A DNA stretch of 31,285 nt from a virus. Its lineage: Duplodnaviria > Caudoviricetes. The notes below the pieces were generated by a model. It saw nothing but the letters and a program-made list of their open reading frames with translations, was not told the DNA's origin and did not search any database. Numbering within the stretch: position 1 is the stretch's first letter; each line of letters starts with the position of its first letter. Both the position numbers and the translations under genes were made by a program. Location of the stretch: IMG/VR virus record IMGVR_UViG_3300020042_010889, positions 1 through 31,285 of that record; one strand, 5' to 3'. Shown here one piece after another: positions 26,114-31,285 of the stretch.

Positions 26114-26566
26114 ATGAAAGCAAATACTATAGAGCAAATGTTTGACAATGTAAGTGATGCTTACGTTGCGGCTGGAAAAAAAATGGATGAATGGACATTA
26201 ACTAAATTCTCAGGTTTAAGAGATGCTTACAGCAAACACGGAAAATTATTTGATAAGCAGATTGACTTATTAAATTCACTAACTAAATACATTCCTAAAT
26301 CTCCTGATATTAACTCAGGTAAAAATGAACAAATTAGGGAAACAGCAATTATTATGGAACAATTAAGGAAGGAAAAATATGAGAATGTGGATGTAGATGC
26401 TCTTACTTTTTGTCGTGATTTTGAACATCGTGTAGCTACTACTCCATTTACTCCTAATAAGGATGAATTATTTTATTATTACTTCCAGAAACGAAAATTG
26501 AACAATGGATTTGCTGTTCCCAATAAATGGGTAGGAGAATTTATGCAATATTGTGTGGGGAGATAA
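26114..26566 (+). CDS. Hypothetical protein (150 aa)
   Basis: First ORF of the rightward unit. Followed by a GTGGGGA/TCCCCAC hairpin at 26555-26573. Confidence 0.8.
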   Translation: MKANTIEQMFDNVSDAYVAAGKKMDEWTLTKFSGLRDAYSKHGKLFDKQIDLLNSLTKYIPKSPDINSGKNEQIRETAIIMEQLRKEKYENVDVDALTFCRDFEHRVATTPFTPNKDELFYYYFQKRKLNNGFAVPNKWVGEFMQYCVGR

Positions 26567-26587
26567 TCCCCACCATAGTTATAACGG

Positions 26588-27181
26588 ATGACAGATATTG
26601 ATTTAACTGAGGATGAAATGAGAGATATGGTTAACATTAAGTTAACAGAGGTATATCCTAAGTTATATAAAGACTTCAGGCGTATAACTAGTTACAACCA
26701 CGAACAATTTGAAGATTTGTTAATGTTCTGTATTCACGAATTCCTCTCTAAAAAAGATATCAGGTATCAATATAAAGTAGCAATCACAGACAACGCATTA
26801 CCTAATTACTTCGGTAGATCAATGTCACTTAATCTAAGATCCAGTTCATCTCCATTTTGGCACCAGTACAGGAAAGAAGGATACAATAGTAGAGGTTCAT
26901 ACTTAGCTGAAACCGATAAGAAATTCATTCAGGGTGAATTTGATGAAATACAAGACATGTTATCACCTTTAGTTGATGTAGACCCCTTTGAGTGTATGAT
27001 GAATGCTATTGATAAATTAGATTTTTATCATAAACCCTTACTTACAGATTATTATTTAAATGGAATGACTTATAACGATATGAACAAAAAATATGGTATA
27101 GCTCTTAGACATTTAAAATTAGCAATAGATGAAGCAATACAACAATTACAAGAAAGCTGTAAACATTTTATAAACAAATGA
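26588..27181 (+). CDS. ECF-like RNA polymerase sigma factor
   Basis: Region-2-like YPKLY...FEDLL..CIHEFL and region-4-like AIDKLDFYHKPLLTDYYLNGMTYNDMNKKYGI...DEAIQQL. 197 aa. Confidence 0.7.
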   Translation: MTDIDLTEDEMRDMVNIKLTEVYPKLYKDFRRITSYNHEQFEDLLMFCIHEFLSKKDIRYQYKVAITDNALPNYFGRSMSLNLRSSSSPFWHQYRKEGYNSRGSYLAETDKKFIQGEFDEIQDMLSPLVDVDPFECMMNAIDKLDFYHKPLLTDYYLNGMTYNDMNKKYGIALRHLKLAIDEAIQQLQESCKHFINK

Positions 27182-27366
27182 ACACATTATATATTATATC
27201 GTTGGTTATTACCGCAGGTCTCTCGGTTTTAACCACCCTTATCGCCCCAATATTAGTAACGCGTTATAGACAGTTAAAAACGCGTAAAGAACAACGTGAA
27301 CGTAACTTGCGTGCTAAAATTAGAAAAGAAGTAGATTTTTATTTAAACGAATTAAGAAATGATTGA
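27178..27366 (+). CDS. Small membrane-anchored protein (one TM plus basic coiled tail)
   Basis: Hydrophobic N-terminal stretch of about 25 aa. ATGA overlap with the upstream gene. Confidence 0.7.
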   Translation: MNTLYIISLVITAGLSVLTTLIAPILVTRYRQLKTRKEQRERNLRAKIRKEVDFYLNELRND

Positions 27367-27613
27367 AATATTAGGTATAGCATTATTAGCTAATTTTATA
27401 GCATGGCAATTCAGCCCGCTACAAGAGCTAAAAAATAAGCTTAAATTATATAACTTACCTTGGTATTTTGGTAAATTATTTTACTGTCATTTATGCTTGG
27501 GTCTGTGGATTGGATTAGCTGTAACACAATCTTTATGGTTAGGGTTGATAACATCATACCTTTCTCATATATTAAAATGGATTTATGATTTAATAGAACA
27601 ACATTATGAATAA
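27359..27613 (+). CDS. Small membrane protein with CxxC (DUF1360-like)
   Basis: KLFYCHLCLGLWIG motif flanked by hydrophobic segments. Confidence 0.6.
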   Translation: MIEILGIALLANFIAWQFSPLQELKNKLKLYNLPWYFGKLFYCHLCLGLWIGLAVTQSLWLGLITSYLSHILKWIYDLIEQHYE

Positions 27614-28031
27614 AGAGCAAAAACGTGCGTATATGAAAGTATATAACGCAACACCAGAAGCAAGAGAATCACAAAAGCAGTATTACAAAACTGCTAAAGG
27701 CAAACAAACACACAGAGAAGGACAAAAACACTACTATAATAAAATTAAAGGTGTATATGGTTGTTTTGATGGTGAAACAAACGAATGTCTGTATATTGGA
27801 GGTAGTAAATCAGTTAATGGCAGAATAAATAACCATAGATACGCTATTAACCATTTAGATAAAGCAGCTATACATCGTCCCTCACACATTGAATTATACA
27901 GAACATTAGCTCAACACAATTCATTAGTATGGAAAGTAGTAGCGGAATGTGATGAAACATTAGTTAAAACACTAGAAAAAGAATATATTAACAACTATAA
28001 ACCATTATATAATATTCATAATAATGATTAA
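27606..28031 (+). CDS. GIY-YIG endonuclease
   Basis: GVY...LYIG.S....R...H and EKEYINNYKPLYN motifs. Confidence 0.85.
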   Translation: MNKEQKRAYMKVYNATPEARESQKQYYKTAKGKQTHREGQKHYYNKIKGVYGCFDGETNECLYIGGSKSVNGRINNHRYAINHLDKAAIHRPSHIELYRTLAQHNSLVWKVVAECDETLVKTLEKEYINNYKPLYNIHNND

Positions 28032-28371
28032 TTTTAATCCAGAACTAACACAAGACCAAGCACGCTACATTATAAATGAGGTATTCCCTAAAGCAGGTTA
28101 TAGAATTAATCACGATACATTAGTACCTTGGAGAAACGCACATAATCTTGCATTTCGCGAACAAGTAAGTATACCTGGTTGTAGTTGCGAGTATATACAG
28201 ATATACAATGTATGGCATTCACGTTTACATCAATATGGTAAACAAATTGAGGATATAGCCTATCCGCCAGCACCAATACAAACAGGCACAACAGGTAAAA
28301 GTGATGGTAAACCTAAAAATACAGGTAAAGCAGGACGCAAACCTAAAGCATCATCAGGATTAACTGACTAA
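28024..28371 (+). CDS. Hypothetical protein (CSC motif, basic tail)
   Basis: Overlapping ORF in the operon. Confidence 0.75.
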   Translation: MINFNPELTQDQARYIINEVFPKAGYRINHDTLVPWRNAHNLAFREQVSIPGCSCEYIQIYNVWHSRLHQYGKQIEDIAYPPAPIQTGTTGKSDGKPKNTGKAGRKPKASSGLTD

Positions 28372-28817
28372 TGGCTACAGCACATTATAAAGGTAAATTA
28401 TTTTACACCTATCTTGATAGTGATAGGGTTTGGGAATTAATTGAAAAGAAAACAATGGGGTATAACGTTGATATAGACGAATTATACCCTGAACATTTCC
28501 AAACCGATAAAACAGCCCTAAATTATCAAAAAATATTAGATAAAATGATGTTGGAGGGAGAAGAATATAAATTACTAAATGATAAATGTGACGGATACGC
28601 AATCACATCTTTTGCTAGAATAATAAACGCAAAACATATTAATCAAACACTAATATACATTTCTAAACACAATATACAATCCAGTGTTAGAGGCGTTAAA
28701 GTTCATTTCGCAACCGAGTTTGCCAAACATAATTGGCCATTTATAATAAACGATATTAAACGCATATATGATGAAAACAAATGGAACTATAGGTCACCAC
28801 TTCGAGCCAATATTTAA
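28371..28817 (+). CDS. Hypothetical protein with a weak NUMOD4-like segment
   Basis: GEEYKLL...DGYAITSFARII resembles NUMOD4 (EEWK.I...GLYEVSN.GRV). Confidence 0.7.
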   Translation: MATAHYKGKLFYTYLDSDRVWELIEKKTMGYNVDIDELYPEHFQTDKTALNYQKILDKMMLEGEEYKLLNDKCDGYAITSFARIINAKHINQTLIYISKHNIQSSVRGVKVHFATEFAKHNWPFIINDIKRIYDENKWNYRSPLRANI

Positions 28818-28882
28818 TGGCAGGTATATTTCCTACAAATTTAGGGAATACGTATATACATCACATATAAGGAACATACAAT

Positions 28883-29293
28883 ATGGCTGGTAAAAAATTA
28901 ACAAAAAACGAAACTGATGCACGTGTAGAAAAATGCTACGCGTTAAGGTATAATAGTGACAATAAATTAGGATTCAAAGAATGGATACAATATTGTCACA
29001 AACATTATAATGATAAAAGTGAACAACAATATTCAGCATACTGGGCTTCATCTACTGAATTATACCAGGAACATTGGAGAGAAAAATTATCTAAACAATT
29101 AGACCCTGCTGTAAACACATTGATTGAATTATTAGCTGATGAGGATGCTAAAATTAGACAACGTGCCGTAGACCAAATTATGAAGTATACAGGTAATGAT
29201 ATTCAACAAATTGAGGCAAAAATACAAGGTGAAGTTAGATTAAGTTGGGGTAATGAATTATCACCTGACTTTGGACAAACAGAGATATTATGA
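28883..29293 (+). CDS. Putative terminase small subunit, allele B (136 aa)
   Basis: Same position and near-identical last 24 aa as 136-540. The rest is highly diverged. Confidence 0.55.
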   Translation: MAGKKLTKNETDARVEKCYALRYNSDNKLGFKEWIQYCHKHYNDKSEQQYSAYWASSTELYQEHWREKLSKQLDPAVNTLIELLADEDAKIRQRAVDQIMKYTGNDIQQIEAKIQGEVRLSWGNELSPDFGQTEIL

Positions 29294-29454
29294 TCCAGAT
29301 ATTAGAAACAATGCACGATAAAGTAAGCTATTGGTTAGTGTTTGATGGTACAGAAATTGTAGGTAAATACAACACTAAATCTGAGGCATTAAAAGCAACA
29401 CAAGAAAAATACCCTAAATTAGATGGGGTAATGGTAACACCAATACAACCATAA
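29290..29454 (+). CDS. Small hypothetical protein, allele B (54 aa), not in ORF track
   Basis: MIQILETMHDKVSYWLVFDGTEIVGKYNTKSEA followed by LKATQEKYPKLDGVMVTPIQP. TAATG overlap with the next gene. Confidence 0.8.
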   Translation: MIQILETMHDKVSYWLVFDGTEIVGKYNTKSEALKATQEKYPKLDGVMVTPIQP

Positions 29455-29879
29455 TGAAAACTTGTAGAGTATGTAATGAAACTAAAATGTTAACCGAGTT
29501 TTATAAAAAAACAGATGGTTACTACAATTATGCTTGTAAACAATGTCATTGTAAACAAACTGTAAAATATCAAAGAAATAATAAAGAAAAAACTTATCAA
29601 TATAAAAGAAAATATCATACTAAAATTAAAGGCATATATGGTATATTTGATAATGAATGTTTATATGTTGGTGAAAGTCAACAAGTATTAAAACGAATAG
29701 CTGACCATAAAAGTTATATCAATAACCCTTTATCTTCTCACCCAGGTCATCACAAATTGTATTTTAATTTACAAAAACATAATAATTTAGAATTTCGTAT
29801 TTTGGAAGAATGTGATAATCATAAGGAAAAAGAACAACATTATATACAAGAATTAAAACCTAAGTATCAATGGACGTAA
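29454..29879 (+). CDS. GIY-YIG homing endonuclease with N-terminal zinc-finger-like CxxC...CxxC
   Basis: CRVC...CKQC, GIY...LYVGES....R...H and EQHYIQELKPKY motifs. Absent from allele A. Confidence 0.88.
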   Translation: MKTCRVCNETKMLTEFYKKTDGYYNYACKQCHCKQTVKYQRNNKEKTYQYKRKYHTKIKGIYGIFDNECLYVGESQQVLKRIADHKSYINNPLSSHPGHHKLYFNLQKHNNLEFRILEECDNHKEKEQHYIQELKPKYQWT

Positions 29880-31135
29880 CATTATTTTCACCTCATTTTG
29901 GGCAGAAAAAAATTATTGATGGATTTGCTGATAGTCAACATAAATTTGCTATAGTTGCTTGTGGGCGTCAATTCGGTAAATCGTTATTAGCACAGAATAT
30001 GATGATTTATTGGTTACTAAAAACACCAAATCAAAAAGGTGCTTGGGTTGCTCCTGTATATAATCAGTGTAAGAAAATATTTGACGAGCTTACAAACGCA
30101 GCACATTCATTAGTTGCTAAACAAAATAAAGCAGACCTTACAATCACCTTTATCAACGGGTCTACTTTACAGTTTTTATCAACAGACAATTACCAAACAA
30201 TTAGGGGATTTTCATTTAATTATATGGTTATTGATGAAGCAGCTTATATTAAAGATATTGCTATTAATGAAGCCGTTTTACCAACATTATCAGCATTAGG
30301 AAAAAAATGTTTAATGATTAGCACTCCAAAATCTAAGAACTGGTTTTATGAATGGTTTTTACGTGGTAACACGTCTAATAACGTTTATATTTCATTTAAA
30401 GCTATTTCCCGTGATAACCCGTTTGTATCAAAAGATTTTCTTGTAGAACAACATAAATCACTACCACGTGACATTTATTATCAGGAATTCTTAGCTGAAT
30501 TTACTGATGCAGGTAATGATGTATTTACAAACCTTGATTTAGTATGTATATTAGATGAATGGGGAATACCAACAAGAACTGAACGATACTATATTGGAGT
30601 TGATACAGGAATCAGTAATGATTTTACAGTTTGCGTTATCCAAAGCGAGTCCGGACGAGTCGAAAAAATTATTAGAACTAACGGACGCACATTTGAAGAA
30701 ATTGGAAAGGATATCGTTCTTGAGTGCAGTAGATGGAATGTCGTGGGCGGATTTTGCGAAACAAATGGGATTGGATTAGCAATGTATGAATTGTTAAAAC
30801 CACGTATTAAAAAACTACAAGCATTTACCACAACACAAGACAGCAAAACTAAAGGTATTCGTAAACTAATTTATGATATTCAGGAAGGTAAAGTTGAATT
30901 ACCAAGCAAAAAATTAATGCCTGAGGTATTTAATGAAATGTCAGCTTATACATTCAAGTATGCTGCCAATGGTAATATATCATTTACACACCCAAATGGA
31001 ATGCACGATGATATAGTAGATGGAATTATGTTAGCTAATTTAGCACGTAATGAACAAGCATTTACCAAATCAAAAATTTATATAGGAAACCCAAACAAAC
31101 AAAATAATAATAACATATATGCCAATCGTATTTAA
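29870..31135 (+). CDS. terL: Terminase large subunit, allele B
   Basis: GRQFGKS, MVIDEAAY, ISTP, GVDTG and HDDIVDG motifs. Confidence 0.95.
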   Translation: MDVTLFSPHFGQKKIIDGFADSQHKFAIVACGRQFGKSLLAQNMMIYWLLKTPNQKGAWVAPVYNQCKKIFDELTNAAHSLVAKQNKADLTITFINGSTLQFLSTDNYQTIRGFSFNYMVIDEAAYIKDIAINEAVLPTLSALGKKCLMISTPKSKNWFYEWFLRGNTSNNVYISFKAISRDNPFVSKDFLVEQHKSLPRDIYYQEFLAEFTDAGNDVFTNLDLVCILDEWGIPTRTERYYIGVDTGISNDFTVCVIQSESGRVEKIIRTNGRTFEEIGKDIVLECSRWNVVGGFCETNGIGLAMYELLKPRIKKLQAFTTTQDSKTKGIRKLIYDIQEGKVELPSKKLMPEVFNEMSAYTFKYAANGNISFTHPNGMHDDIVDGIMLANLARNEQAFTKSKIYIGNPNKQNNNNIYANRI

Positions 31136-31285
31136 AACAGAAGAAGAACGTAATCCTACTAAACCAGTAGAAACAGTAGAAGTAGTAAGTGAGGATGATT
31201 TAACACAACCTATCTTTGCTGAAGGTGAGGAAGAAAAATTAGCACTTGAATTCATCTTAGAATTTGGACTATACAAAAAATTCTT
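31119..31285 (+). CDS. Hypothetical protein, allele B of 1914-2162 (truncated by window end)
   Basis: MPIVFKTEEERNPTKPVETVEVVSEDDLTQPIFAEGEEEKLALEFILEFGLYKKF... Confidence 0.8.
   Translation, partial: MPIVFKTEEERNPTKPVETVEVVSEDDLTQPIFAEGEEEKLALEFILEFGLYKKF

Larger units (their letters stand above)
1..31285. mobile_element. Tailed dsDNA bacteriophage genome (siphovirus-like, probable Bacteroidota host), slightly more than one genome length
   Basis: TerL, portal, capsid, tail tube, tape measure and fibre-like genes are present. The ends overlap by homology (1-2095 vs 28739-31285). No bacterial housekeeping genes are seen. Confidence 0.95.
28739..31285 (+). repeat. Right copy (allele B) of the imperfect terminal repeat / packaging module
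   Basis: Homologous to 1-2095 and 452 nt longer, mostly because of the GIY-YIG cassette. Confidence 0.95.

Noticed and set aside
27178-27613. Holin/spanin call for the two small membrane proteins
   Set aside because: There is no adjacent endolysin and no clear lipobox, so they are kept as membrane proteins of unknown function.
1-31285. Stop-codon reassignment, tRNA genes or introns
   Set aside because: Standard-code ORFs tile the genome densely, core genes are uninterrupted, and I saw no cloverleaf-like sequence in the short intergenic gaps.

Overview
The window is an apparently complete, AT-rich tailed (siphovirus-type) phage genome read around slightly more than one full circle. The host is most likely in Bacteroidota, judged from TTTG/TAnnTTTG-like promoters and A-rich, Shine-Dalgarno-free translation starts. 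Bases 1-82 are identical to 28739-28820, and 1-2095 is homologous to 28739-31285, giving a unit length of about 28.7 kb (left allele) or 29.2 kb (right allele). The two copies of this overlapping region are not identical. They are divergent alleles of the DNA-packaging module (putative TerS, a small ORF, TerL and a downstream ORF), and only the right allele carries an extra GIY-YIG endonuclease. Between them lie an early-gene block, a tail module that includes a tail-assembly chaperone with a -1 frameshift product missing from the ORF track, tape measure, head protease, scaffold, capsid, tail tube, portal, adaptor, Ser/Gly-rich fibres, an ECF-like sigma factor and three free-standing homing-type endonucleases. 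I could not recognise a polymerase, helicase, primase, integrase or endolysin. The most interesting unexplained elements are a two-hairpin non-coding cassette whose loop is antisense to TTATGAAA start sites, a two-class promoter system tied to the phage sigma factor, a 115-nt palindromic element in the divergent control region, and a [S/T]GS motif concentrated in outer virion proteins. All product calls come from motif recognition by eye, without database searches.
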